A stretch of DNA of 64,000 bases from an uncultured Gammaproteobacteria bacterium (GTDB lineage: Bacteria; Pseudomonadota; Gammaproteobacteria; GCA-001735895). Below, piece after piece: positions 10,783 to 20,076 of this stretch; position 1 is the stretch's first letter; every line of letters begins with the position of its first letter. The stretch is taken from contig CAJXUC010000001.1 in NCBI GenBank assembly GCA_913061315.1, forward strand, positions 72,197 to 136,196, written 5' to 3'. Both the position numbers and the translations under genes were made by a program. A model generated the notes under the pieces. That model did not search any database, was not told the DNA's origin, and worked only from the letters and a program-made list of their open reading frames with translations.

Positions 10783-12390
10783 GTGAATCAGTTAAAACAA
10801 ATTTATGATTACATTGTAGTAGGCGCAGGTTCAGCCGGATGCGTGCTAGCCAACCGTCTATCAGCCAATTCAGATAAGAGCGTCCTATTAGTTGAGGCTG
10901 GCGTAAAGGACACTAATCCTTGGATTCACGTCCCTGTTGGCTATTTCAAAACTATGCACAACCCAAAACTTGACTGGTGTTATAAAACTGAGCCAGATAA
11001 AGGCATTAACGGCAGAAGCCTGCAATGGCCACGTGGAAAAGTGCTTGGTGGTTCAAGCTCACTTAACGGATTGTTATACGTTCGAGGTCAACGCGAAGAC
11101 TATGATCGATGGTCGGCGTTGGGCAACAAGGGCTGGTCCTACGACGAAGTATTGCCCTACTTCAAAAAATCGGAGGACCAGGCAAGAGGTGCGGATGAAT
11201 ATCATGGTGTCGGTGGGCCGCTCAAAGTATCTGATTTACGTATTCGTCGACCAATTGCTGATTTTTTTATAAAGGCTGCCACTCAAATAGGCATACCCGA
11301 AAACCCTGACTACAATGGCGAAAAACAGGAAGGCGTCGGCTATTTTCAACAGACTGCACACAAAGGATTTCGATGTAGTACCGCAAAAGGTTTTCTGAGC
11401 CCGGTTCGCAATAGAGCTAACTTAACTATATTAACTAAGGCGCAAACAACACGTATTTTGCTTGAAGGTAAAAAAGCCGTCGGTATCGAATATTTGAAAT
11501 CAGGCCAGCTCCATCAAGCATCAGCCAGCTGCGAGGTCATAATCAGCGCAGGTGCCATCGGCTCGCCACAGCTATTGCAACTTTCAGGTATTGGCCCAGA
11601 AAACGTACTCAATAAGGCAGGTGTGCCAGTCGCTCATCACCTGCCAGGTGTCGGGCAAAACTTGCAAGATCACCTTCAAACTCGACTGGTATACAAAACC
11701 AGACTACGCACCCTGAATGACGAACTCAATAATATCTTCAAACGTGGTTTGGTAGGAATGCAATATTTATTGACTCGCAAGGGTCCGCTAACATTAGCCG
11801 CCAGTCAGGTCACTATTTTCACTAAATCTAACCCCGACGTAGAAAGGCCCGACATACAGTTCCACATGCAACCGCTCAGTGCCGATAAACCAGGTGATGG
11901 TGTTCATGAATTTTCAGCCTTCACACTATCAGTTTGCCAGTTGAGACCCAAAAGCCGTGGATCGGTTGAAATAAAATCGACAGACCCATTGGTATATCCA
12001 GATATTCATCCTGGCTATTTGGCAAACGACCATGACTGCCAGGTTGCCATCGACGGCATTAAAGTGGCCCGACGCATTGCTGACGCACCTGCCTTAAAAC
12101 CGCATATCATTGATGAGCACGTGCCAGGCAGGCAGTTCGAAACCGATGAACAGCTACTCGAGACGGCGCGCCAGTTTAGCCAAACCATCTACCATCCAAC
12201 CAGTACCTGTAAAATGGGATCTGATGATATGGCAGTAGTCGATGAACAGCTTAAAGTTCATGGTATCCACAATCTTAGAGTAGTTGACGCATCGATCATG
12301 CCCGAAATTGTATCAGGCAATACCAATGCCCCAACAATTATGATTGCAGAAAAAGCGGCTGATATGATTATTGATGAAGCTACTTTATAG
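10783..12390 (+). CDS. GMC oxidoreductase (choline dehydrogenase-like; candidate isethionate dehydrogenase IseJ)
   Basis: GAGSAGC FAD motif, PRGKVLGGSSSLNG, YHPTSTCKMG, DASIMP..VSGNTNAP. The IseJ call rests on recalled similarity and the IclR+TRAP context. Confidence 0.9.
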   Translation: MNQLKQIYDYIVVGAGSAGCVLANRLSANSDKSVLLVEAGVKDTNPWIHVPVGYFKTMHNPKLDWCYKTEPDKGINGRSLQWPRGKVLGGSSSLNGLLYVRGQREDYDRWSALGNKGWSYDEVLPYFKKSEDQARGADEYHGVGGPLKVSDLRIRRPIADFFIKAATQIGIPENPDYNGEKQEGVGYFQQTAHKGFRCSTAKGFLSPVRNRANLTILTKAQTTRILLEGKKAVGIEYLKSGQLHQASASCEVIISAGAIGSPQLLQLSGIGPENVLNKAGVPVAHHLPGVGQNLQDHLQTRLVYKTRLRTLNDELNNIFKRGLVGMQYLLTRKGPLTLAASQVTIFTKSNPDVERPDIQFHMQPLSADKPGDGVHEFSAFTLSVCQLRPKSRGSVEIKSTDPLVYPDIHPGYLANDHDCQVAIDGIKVARRIADAPALKPHIIDEHVPGRQFETDEQLLETARQFSQTIYHPTSTCKMGSDDMAVVDEQLKVHGIHNLRVVDASIMPEIVSGNTNAPTIMIAEKAADMIIDEATL

Positions 12391-12884
12391 GCTGTAGAGG
12401 CAAAATTTTGGTTATCAATTACCATCTAGAGCACTTTGAATAATCCAGCACGATCTTCCACCCCAAACCCCGTCTAGATCTCTTTTGATATATTCCAGGA
12501 AGAAGGGCTGAAAGTTTGGCCTCGAATCAGTTTTTTTGCGCGAGCCGGAATGCAGTTAACAACATCCTTATATATGTTTAACGGTGCACCGATATGCAGA
12601 TTGCCAAGTGCATAGGAACTAGAATGAATAACTACTGCCATCTTTTTGCATTTGGGGCCGTATAAAAACAGATACAAGCTGGTTGGCTAACCAAGGCGTA
12701 TTCCGTCCGACAGATGTGGACCCCTTTTTTTCTAACTGAGAAATCTAAGGTGGAAACTACCCGTAATCCAATGTTCGTTATATAGTCGATACCGATTTAT
12801 CGCTTATGTCGCAAAGCCAAAAGTTAGCAGGGAAATAATAGGTATACCGTCCCTAGATCCCTGATAAATTCTGAGCTGACTGAC

Positions 12885-13883
12885 CTAACTAAATAAGGAC
12901 TCTCCCGACACGACTTCAAAATAAAGATAACATTGATAGGCCACGAATAAAGCGCATAGTACCGCGCCTTTGGCGCGGCTAATTTGATTGAGTTTTTGAT
13001 TTCTACTGAATGAGAACGCAAATAGCAAAAGAGTAAGGAACACCATTACCGGAAGATCTCGATGCAGTGCTGCTGAATCTATGACAAACCCTTGAATGAG
13101 CGCTGGAATACCTACCACCGCGAGACTATTGAAAAGGTTAGAGCCGATCACGTTACCAATGGCCATATCGGTCATCGACTTTTTCAGACTAGCAATCGAT
13201 GCTGCCAGCTCCGGTAAACTGGTGCCAAACGCGACGATCGTCAAACCAATCACCAAGTCGCTTACACCGAGGCTGTGTGCGATATTCGATGCGCCCCAAA
13301 CTAGCATGTGCGAACTGCTAATCAATAGCACTAGACCGAGCAAAACCCAAAGCCAGGCAGTTTTAATGGACATCGGCTGGTCGTCGCCAACTGCATCTTC
13401 ATCAACTGATACTTCTTTTTTGCCGTTGCGATGGCTATAAATCATATAAGACATGATTCCTATTAGCAGACCAATCAGCAGAAAACCATCGAGACGGTCT
13501 AACTGCAAGTCATAGAGGCACCACACGAGTACGACAGTGGCGCCGGCTAACAGTGGATATTCTGATCGAATCAGGCCGTTTGGTACAGAAATTGGCGCGA
13601 GCAACGCGGTAATGCCGAGGATTAACCCAACATTGGCAATGTTCGAGCCGATTGCATTGCCTACCGCAATACCAGGCACCTCTTCAAGTACCGCAATGAC
13701 CGATACAGCAATTTCTGGCGCCGAAGTGCCGAAACCAACCACGGTAATGCCGATAATTAGATTGGAAACACCCATGTGCTGCGCAATAGCAGCAGCACCG
13801 TCAACGAAACGATCGGCACTCCAGACCAGAATTGCAAGGCCAACTACAATAGCAGCGATAGACAATAACAAATTAGACTCCAC
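12885..13883 (-). CDS. Ca2+/Na+ antiporter (YrbG/CaCA family)
   Basis: Two alpha repeats: GTSAPE...GNAIGSNIAN and GTSLPE...GNVIGSNLFN. Confidence 0.92.
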   Translation of the reverse strand: MESNLLLSIAAIVVGLAILVWSADRFVDGAAAIAQHMGVSNLIIGITVVGFGTSAPEIAVSVIAVLEEVPGIAVGNAIGSNIANVGLILGITALLAPISVPNGLIRSEYPLLAGATVVLVWCLYDLQLDRLDGFLLIGLLIGIMSYMIYSHRNGKKEVSVDEDAVGDDQPMSIKTAWLWVLLGLVLLISSSHMLVWGASNIAHSLGVSDLVIGLTIVAFGTSLPELAASIASLKKSMTDMAIGNVIGSNLFNSLAVVGIPALIQGFVIDSAALHRDLPVMVFLTLLLFAFSFSRNQKLNQISRAKGAVLCALFVAYQCYLYFEVVSGESLFS

Positions 13884-14091
13884 AAAAAAATTTAAACGAT
13901 AAACAATCAGAAAACGCAGATATAAAGTATCGAGGCTTATTTCTGCTTAAATAATAGGTTTGAATCAATCTATCGTTTTACTACTATCACTCAACGCAAT
14001 AGGCAAACAGAGCCACCTGTGACATTTGCTCAGCGGTTGCTGAATTTTCCCAGCTTTTTTCAAACATTGGATAGAATTTTATTTATTATGG

Positions 14092-14108
14092 TGATACTTA
14101 TAGTCTCA
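14092..14108. promoter_or_regulatory. Candidate IclR operator, copy 2 (TGATAC-ttata-GTCTCA)
   Basis: Same palindrome and spacing as copy 1, followed by TTTT; upstream of the antiporter. Confidence 0.5.
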
Positions 14109-14149
14109 TTTTTACAATTTATGAACATTATTGCAACCAAATTACCACT

Positions 14150-14310
14150 TTTCCATGGAATCATGTCGACTGCCTTCTCCACAATCATGATTGTTGGAGC
14201 ATTGGTTTTGCTAGATAGGGTCTTGGGCATGATCGAAGCATCAATATCACGCAATCCATTATACCCATCTAAAACCCTGATAAGTGGTCTGTTGAAAATA
14301 ACTGCCCAGT
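14150..14310 (-). pseudogene. GMC oxidoreductase C-terminal remnant (inverted)
   Basis: [33 protein letters not shown] matches the tail of 10783..12390. Confidence 0.85.
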
Positions 14311-14631
14311 ATGTTCAGTTAAAGATTAAAAAGTCCAGTTCCAGCCACGACTAATAGTACTTTGTGCGCCAGATTTCCGGACAGCTAATCTGAAGCCAAC
14401 GAAGGTATGGCCAAGTGGATCGATAAACCCCTCACCAACGTATGTTGCCAATCGACAATACGATAAACCCTTCTAAAATGGACTAAAAAGTCTCTTTTAG
14501 TGATGATTTAGGGCCCTTTTAGTTGATTCTAGTTCTGTATAGCGCCATCAAGTTTGGCTTTTGGGATGCCGGACTGAGACAAAACTTATGTGTATTTAGC
14601 CCTGTCACTCAATCGCAAAAAAATGTAAGAT

Positions 14632-14648
14632 TGGGACTGATAGTCTCA
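14632..14648. promoter_or_regulatory. Candidate IclR operator, copy 3 (TGGGAC-tgata-GTCTCA)
   Basis: Same palindrome, about 130 nt upstream of the intact dctP start. Confidence 0.55.
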
Positions 14649-14777
14649 TTTTAGCTGAATTTTTTCAGTATGTGGCATTCAACTGGGGCGGAACGCCGGC
14701 CCAGCAAGCTCCGAGGCATCGTCTTCAGCCTCGCGAAGCATAAAATAACGAAGGCTTTCTTAATACGAGGAGTAGGT

Positions 14778-15875
14778 ATGATCAAACTAAAAACTATTGC
14801 TGCCAGTACAGCAGCCCTGGCACTCATGGCATCGTCTGCCATGGCGGAAGACAAAGTCTTGCGTATTCAGTCGGTGCTATCCACTTCAGCTGACGAAGTC
14901 GTTATGTTGAGGGAGTTTGGTAAAGATGTCGCAGCGCTGACTAACGGCTCGCTCACCATTGAAGTTCTGCCAGCAGGCGCTGTTGTCGGGCCACGAGACG
15001 TTATGGATGCCGTTGACTCGGGTCTGGTTGAAGGTGGTTTTGCCTGGACACATTATTGGGGTGGCAAACACGTTGCTGCTAACCTGTTCGGCGCACCTAT
15101 AGCGGGTGCCGGTGTAGGACTCGATAATATCGCGTTCCTGAGCTGGTTCCAGTACGGTGGTGGCAAGGAGTTGTACGATCGCCTATGGGGTGAAATGGGC
15201 GTGAACGTCAAAGGATTCATGCTGCAGCCAGTAGGCCCTGAGGCACTTGGTTGGTTCCCAAAACCAATCAAGTCGATGGATGACTTTCGTAAATTACGCT
15301 TCCGTGCGCCTCCGGGCATGGTGGGTGCCGCATACGCTGAAATTGGTGTTCCAGCGGTTGCTATGGGCGGTGGCGATATCCTACCAGCGCTTGAGAAAGG
15401 CACGATCGACGCAGCTGAGTGGTGCTGCCCCAAGCCAGATTCTGTCTTTGGTTTCCAAAAAGTATTAAAGCACTACTATCTCCAGGGTTTGCACCAGGTA
15501 GTCGTGAACGCAGACATGTATGTGAATGGCGATTTTTACAAGTCGCTGAGCGTCGTTGAGAAGAAAGCTTTGGAAGTGGCGGCAAACGCGTCTCTGTCAA
15601 AATCCTTGTCCTACAGAATCTATGAGAACGGTAAGGCACTGAAAGATCTGACGGATAATCACGGTGTTATCCTGGAAGATACACCAGCGGATTACTTCAC
15701 AGAGTACATGGCGGCCGCTAAGAAGTCGCTTCAAGCTGCTGCAGATAAAAACGAGTTTTTTGCAGAAGTGTGGCAGTCACAAAAAGATTTCGCCGACACG
15801 GTAGTTCCCTTCTGGTCTGGTGCTCAAACTTCAAACGCAAGTTTGGGTCGTGCGCACGCAGACACTCTGAAGTAA
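14778..15875 (+). CDS. TRAP transporter substrate-binding protein (DctP, TakP/FcbT1-like)
   Basis: SD GAGGAG then MIKLKT with a signal peptide ending AMA; LPAGAVV, LGWF, FRAPPG and ILPALEKGTIDAAEW motifs. Confidence 0.92.
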   Translation: MIKLKTIAASTAALALMASSAMAEDKVLRIQSVLSTSADEVVMLREFGKDVAALTNGSLTIEVLPAGAVVGPRDVMDAVDSGLVEGGFAWTHYWGGKHVAANLFGAPIAGAGVGLDNIAFLSWFQYGGGKELYDRLWGEMGVNVKGFMLQPVGPEALGWFPKPIKSMDDFRKLRFRAPPGMVGAAYAEIGVPAVAMGGGDILPALEKGTIDAAEWCCPKPDSVFGFQKVLKHYYLQGLHQVVVNADMYVNGDFYKSLSVVEKKALEVAANASLSKSLSYRIYENGKALKDLTDNHGVILEDTPADYFTEYMAAAKKSLQAAADKNEFFAEVWQSQKDFADTVVPFWSGAQTSNASLGRAHADTLK

Positions 15876-16052
15876 AAAAAGACTTCGTTGCGAGTCCCAT
15901 TTAGGGCTCGTTTCGAAGTTTCTGTAAGTAGTACCATCTTGGGTGAGCGTACAGACCACGAACGCTAGTTTGGGTCGTGCACATGCCAATATACTTAAGT
16001 AAAAAACTTCGTTGCGAGGCTCATGAGGGTCTCGCTTCGAAATTTCTGTAAG
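15801..16052 (+). repeat. Diverged tandem duplication (period about 127 nt) of the dctP 3' end plus downstream hairpin
   Basis: 15801-15927 vs 15928-16052: VVPFWSGAQTSNASLGRAHADTLK* vs VVPSWVSVQTTNASLGRAHANILK*. Each copy is followed by CTTCGTTGCGAG...CTCG..TCGAA.TTTCTGTAAG. Confidence 0.92.
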
Positions 16053-16115
16053 GGGCTAAGCCCTGTTTAAATAATAATAGCCCGAAATGGGTACAAAATA
16101 CTGGGGAGAAGGATC

Positions 16116-18590
16116 ATGGCTTTAGATGAAGTAAATCCAGAAGATCTTGAAATTGCGGATGAACTAATTGCTGAGCGTCGTACCGAGGCCCCGGGTGAAA
16201 CGCCAGAAGATATGACGTCCTGGCAACGCCCTATTACGGCAGCCATTGATATAATCAATTACCGGGTAGGCCAGATTATTGCCCTGCTCATTGTGCCGCT
16301 CCTTGTTGTAGTGGTTCTAGAAGTTCTTTCACGAAATTCCTTTTCGATTTTGCAAAATGCTGGGTTCGAAGACCTCGCCCGAACCCTTGGACTTGGTCCC
16401 ACGCTCTGGGTGTATGACACCAGCCGTATGATAGCTGGGATACTCTTCATGGCGGCCGCGGGCTATGGTTTGATGCGTGGGGTTCACATCCGGGCCGATT
16501 TCCTCTACCGAAATTGGTCGGCAAAAACACAAGCGACAGTAGATGCAACACTGTATCTGATGTTCTTTATGCCTTCGATGATCTTCTTTACCGTTATCGC
16601 CTCCGACTTCTGGTGGCTCGCCTTTTCAAGGGGCGAAACCATGCAGGTCGACAGTGCTTGGGGACCCCTTTTATGGCCCGCACGCCTGGCGATGCCCGTC
16701 GGTGCCTTCCTTTTGATGCTGCAAGGCCTCCCTGAAATTTTCCGTGCATTTCACAAGATGGGTAAAGAGCGAGAGCGTTGGTTTGTAAGGGCTTTACCTA
16801 TCTATATAATCGTACTGACCTGGCTCGTACTGGCGGTTTTCCATCCGAGTATGATCCCAGGTGGCGAATCGTTTTCTGACCTCATGTCTGCCCGCCCGAA
16901 CATAGACAAAGCTACCATCGGATTGATCATGCTAGGCGCCATGCTCTTCGTGATTTTTATCGGTTTTCCAATTGCCTTCACGTTAATCTTCCTTGCCTTT
17001 GTGTTTGGTATTTGGGGCGCCAACTTCAAGTTAACCACGCTATTGATGACGCTAAATACAAACTCCACCATGTTGAACGATCAGCTCATGGCCGTGCCAC
17101 TCTTCGTACTAATGGGAATCGTGATGGAAGCGGCGGGCTTGATGAACCGGTTGTTTGCATCGATCCAGATGATGATGTCGCGCGTTCGCGGCGCGTTGTT
17201 CATCGCCGTGCTAATCGTATCGACGATTTTTGCAGCAGCCACTGGCATTGTGGGTGCTTCTGTAACCCTACTTGGAATCATGGCGGGTGCGACCATGACC
17301 AGAGCAGGCTATGACGTCAAGCTTGCGGCTGGAACTATCACCGCAGGCGGCACATTGGGCATTCTGATACCACCCTCAATTATGCTGATCGTTATGGGAC
17401 CTGTTCTGGAAGTTTCAACCCTGGATCTTTTCCGTGGTGCCTTTATCCCTGGCGCCATGCTGGCTAGCCTTTACCTGCTCTACACACTGGGACGCTGCTG
17501 GCTGAATCCGGATCTAGGGCCAATTTTGTCAGACGAAGACCAACCACAAACGTCGCCATTTTATGGCGCTGAGGTCGCGCTGATTTGTTTGGGTGTTTTG
17601 ACCGTTTGCCGAGTCTTTGGCCTGGCCATGAGTGGTGCTTTTAGCAGTATGATGCCATTTGGCGGCCTGATCGTTTTGGGCATTACCTGTGCCATCGCTT
17701 ATGCCGCATACCGTCGCTTGAATCTACTCAAGATTGTGCTTCCGTTGACGCTTATTTTCCACATCTATATGATCTTTGCGACAATGGGCGAGGACGGTAG
17801 CCTAACGATCTGGTCGATAACTCTTGGTTCATTCACCCTGCTTTTGGGATATTTGGGACGACCGATTTATAACGCTGCGTCAGACAATGGGTTCTACTTC
17901 TCGGATCTATGGGATGAGTTCTTTGCCGGGCTCATGCCGCCCACGATCTTAATTTCTTTTGCTTTGGGGTCGATTCTTCTTGGCCTGGCAACACCTGCTG
18001 AAGCCGCAGCGATGGGCGCCTTTGGTGCCATCTTGTTAGCTATCGGTTACGGTAAATTTAACTTCCCTAGTTTCTTTGACAGTCTGGTCAAAGCCCTGGA
18101 GATCACAGTTCTGATCATGTTTTTGGTTGCCGCATCGAACTTCTTTGGCGCCGAATTCAGTTATTTGGGTACGCCAAAGATGATGACTGAGCTGCTACTT
18201 GACCTCGACATGTCGCCATACCTCATTCTGATCGTCATTATGGCACTGATCTTCCTTCTAGGATGGCCACTAGAGTGGGTGCCTATTGTTCTGATCGTTG
18301 TGCCAATTTTGTTACCAACAGTCGAGGCGCTGGACATCCACGGGCTGGATCGCTACGACCTCATGGTCTGGTTTGGGATTTTAGTCGCGGTGAATCTGCA
18401 GACCGCTTGGCTATCCCCACCTGTGGCCTTATCAGCTTACTTTTTGAAGGGAGTCGTGCCGGATTGGGATCTCAAGGACATCTATCTGGGTATGATGCAG
18501 TTCATGGGGATTCAACTCATCGGTCTTATCTTACTGTTTATCTTCCCGCAACTGGTGCTTTGGTTACCCAGAGTGATGTCTGGTGGGTAA
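16116..18590 (+). CDS. Fused TRAP small+large permease (DctQ-DctM)
   Basis: N-terminal DctQ (HIRADFLY, LLMLQG), then DctM (LMAVPLFVLMG, GGTLGILIPPS, ATPAEAAAMGA, NLQTAWLSPP) in one frame. Confidence 0.92.
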   Translation: MALDEVNPEDLEIADELIAERRTEAPGETPEDMTSWQRPITAAIDIINYRVGQIIALLIVPLLVVVVLEVLSRNSFSILQNAGFEDLARTLGLGPTLWVYDTSRMIAGILFMAAAGYGLMRGVHIRADFLYRNWSAKTQATVDATLYLMFFMPSMIFFTVIASDFWWLAFSRGETMQVDSAWGPLLWPARLAMPVGAFLLMLQGLPEIFRAFHKMGKERERWFVRALPIYIIVLTWLVLAVFHPSMIPGGESFSDLMSARPNIDKATIGLIMLGAMLFVIFIGFPIAFTLIFLAFVFGIWGANFKLTTLLMTLNTNSTMLNDQLMAVPLFVLMGIVMEAAGLMNRLFASIQMMMSRVRGALFIAVLIVSTIFAAATGIVGASVTLLGIMAGATMTRAGYDVKLAAGTITAGGTLGILIPPSIMLIVMGPVLEVSTLDLFRGAFIPGAMLASLYLLYTLGRCWLNPDLGPILSDEDQPQTSPFYGAEVALICLGVLTVCRVFGLAMSGAFSSMMPFGGLIVLGITCAIAYAAYRRLNLLKIVLPLTLIFHIYMIFATMGEDGSLTIWSITLGSFTLLLGYLGRPIYNAASDNGFYFSDLWDEFFAGLMPPTILISFALGSILLGLATPAEAAAMGAFGAILLAIGYGKFNFPSFFDSLVKALEITVLIMFLVAASNFFGAEFSYLGTPKMMTELLLDLDMSPYLILIVIMALIFLLGWPLEWVPIVLIVVPILLPTVEALDIHGLDRYDLMVWFGILVAVNLQTAWLSPPVALSAYFLKGVVPDWDLKDIYLGMMQFMGIQLIGLILLFIFPQLVLWLPRVMSGG

Positions 18591-18654
18591 ATCATGAAGG
18601 GTAAATTATGGTGCATCTCATTCAATTTAACTTGCGTTGAGCAGCGCCCGACAG

Positions 18655-18822
18655 GATGATATGGCACTAATCGATGAACGACTTAAGTTACTCGGCATTC
18701 AAAACTTAGATGTGATCGATACATCGATCATGCCGAAGATTGTGTCAGGTAATACCAATCCATCGACGATCATGATTGCGGAAAAAGCGGTCAATATGAT
18801 TATTGAATATAGCGCTCATTAA
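18655..18822 (+). pseudogene. Orphan 3' end of a GMC oxidoreductase (direct repeat of 12223-12390)
   Basis: DDMALIDERLKLLGIQNLDVIDTSIMPKIVSGNTNPSTIMIAEKAVNMII is 36/50 identical to the GMC tail by hand count, with the stop at the same register. Confidence 0.9.
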
Positions 18823-18877
18823 AATTGCCAGATAAACATGTGATTTCATAAAAAGGGCCGAACTTTAAAGGACTGGA

Positions 18878-20071
18878 CTAGATCGTGTCACCAGGGACGC
18901 GAACTAAACCTTCCATCAAAACCCTGGCGCTACGACTCATTGTCGCTTTATTAACAGTCCATACGCCTTCGCACTGACTGACTTGCGCGCCTACTCGTAA
19001 CGTGCCAGACGGATGGCCGAAGCAAACGCTTTGGCGTTCACCACCACCGGCAGCCTGATTAACTATAGTACCGGGAATAGCGGCAGCGGTTGCAATCGCA
19101 ACGGCAGCGGTGCCCATCATCGCATGGTGTAATTTACCCATTGATAACGCCCTAACGTTCAAATCGATATCTAAAGCTGAAATGGGCTTAGTGCTTGAAG
19201 CTATATAATCAATCGGGTTGGCCACGATGGCCACTTTGGGTGTGTGCTGACGTTGTGACGCTTGTTCAATTGTATTAACCAAACCCATAGCCACCGCACC
19301 CTTTACTCGTATGATTTCAAATAGAGCGAGTGCTTTAGCATCGCTATTAATATCGTCCTGTAATTCGGTGCCGTTATACCCGAGATCCTGCGCCTTAATG
19401 AAAATAGTGGGAATGCCAGCATTAATCAGGGTCACCTTAATGGGTCCAACGTCGGGCACTTCAAGTTCGTCAATCAAATTTCCAGTTGGGAACATGGCAC
19501 CCCCAGCATCTGCTGGGTTGACAAACTCAACTTCTATTTCAGCTGCAGGAAAAGTGACACCATCGAGTTCGAAGTCACCGGTTTCCTGAACCTCATGGTC
19601 CGTGATTGGCACCTGTGCAATAATTGTTTTTTGAATATTGGCCTGCCAGATGCGAACTGTAGCTATGCCATTATCTGGCACAAGGCTCGGATCAACCAGC
19701 CCGTTACTAATTGCAAATGGACCAACAGCCGCACTTAAATTGCCACAGTTGCCACTCCAATCAACAACCGGCTTGTCGATAGAAACCTGACCAAACAAAT
19801 AGTCAACATCATGGTTGGGTTGGTTACTTTTTGACAAGATAACGACTTTACTGGTGCTCGAGGTTGCACCCCCCATGCCATCCGTTTGCTTACCATACGG
19901 GTCAGGGCTTCCGACAACACGTAGTAGCAGGGCATCGCGTGCTGCGCCGGGTTTTTTTGCCGCTTCAGGCAGGTTATCTTGTTTAAAAAAAACGCCTTTA
20001 CTGGTGCCACCACGCATATAGGTGGCGGCGATTTTGATTTGAGGAGGCGCTGTTTGATCGTTAAGTTTCAT
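18878..20071 (-). CDS. prpF: 2-methylaconitate cis-trans isomerase
   Basis: YMRGGTSKG, DGMGGATSSTSK, SGNCGN, SMGKLHHAM and GHPSG motifs. Confidence 0.96.
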   Translation of the reverse strand: MKLNDQTAPPQIKIAATYMRGGTSKGVFFKQDNLPEAAKKPGAARDALLLRVVGSPDPYGKQTDGMGGATSSTSKVVILSKSNQPNHDVDYLFGQVSIDKPVVDWSGNCGNLSAAVGPFAISNGLVDPSLVPDNGIATVRIWQANIQKTIIAQVPITDHEVQETGDFELDGVTFPAAEIEVEFVNPADAGGAMFPTGNLIDELEVPDVGPIKVTLINAGIPTIFIKAQDLGYNGTELQDDINSDAKALALFEIIRVKGAVAMGLVNTIEQASQRQHTPKVAIVANPIDYIASSTKPISALDIDLNVRALSMGKLHHAMMGTAAVAIATAAAIPGTIVNQAAGGGERQSVCFGHPSGTLRVGAQVSQCEGVWTVNKATMSRSARVLMEGLVRVPGDTI

Positions 20072-20076
20072 TGTCG

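Noticed and set aside
15801-16052. Possible mini-CRISPR or REP array
   Set aside because: Only two copies, the unit is the coding tail of dctP, and there are no spacers or cas genes.
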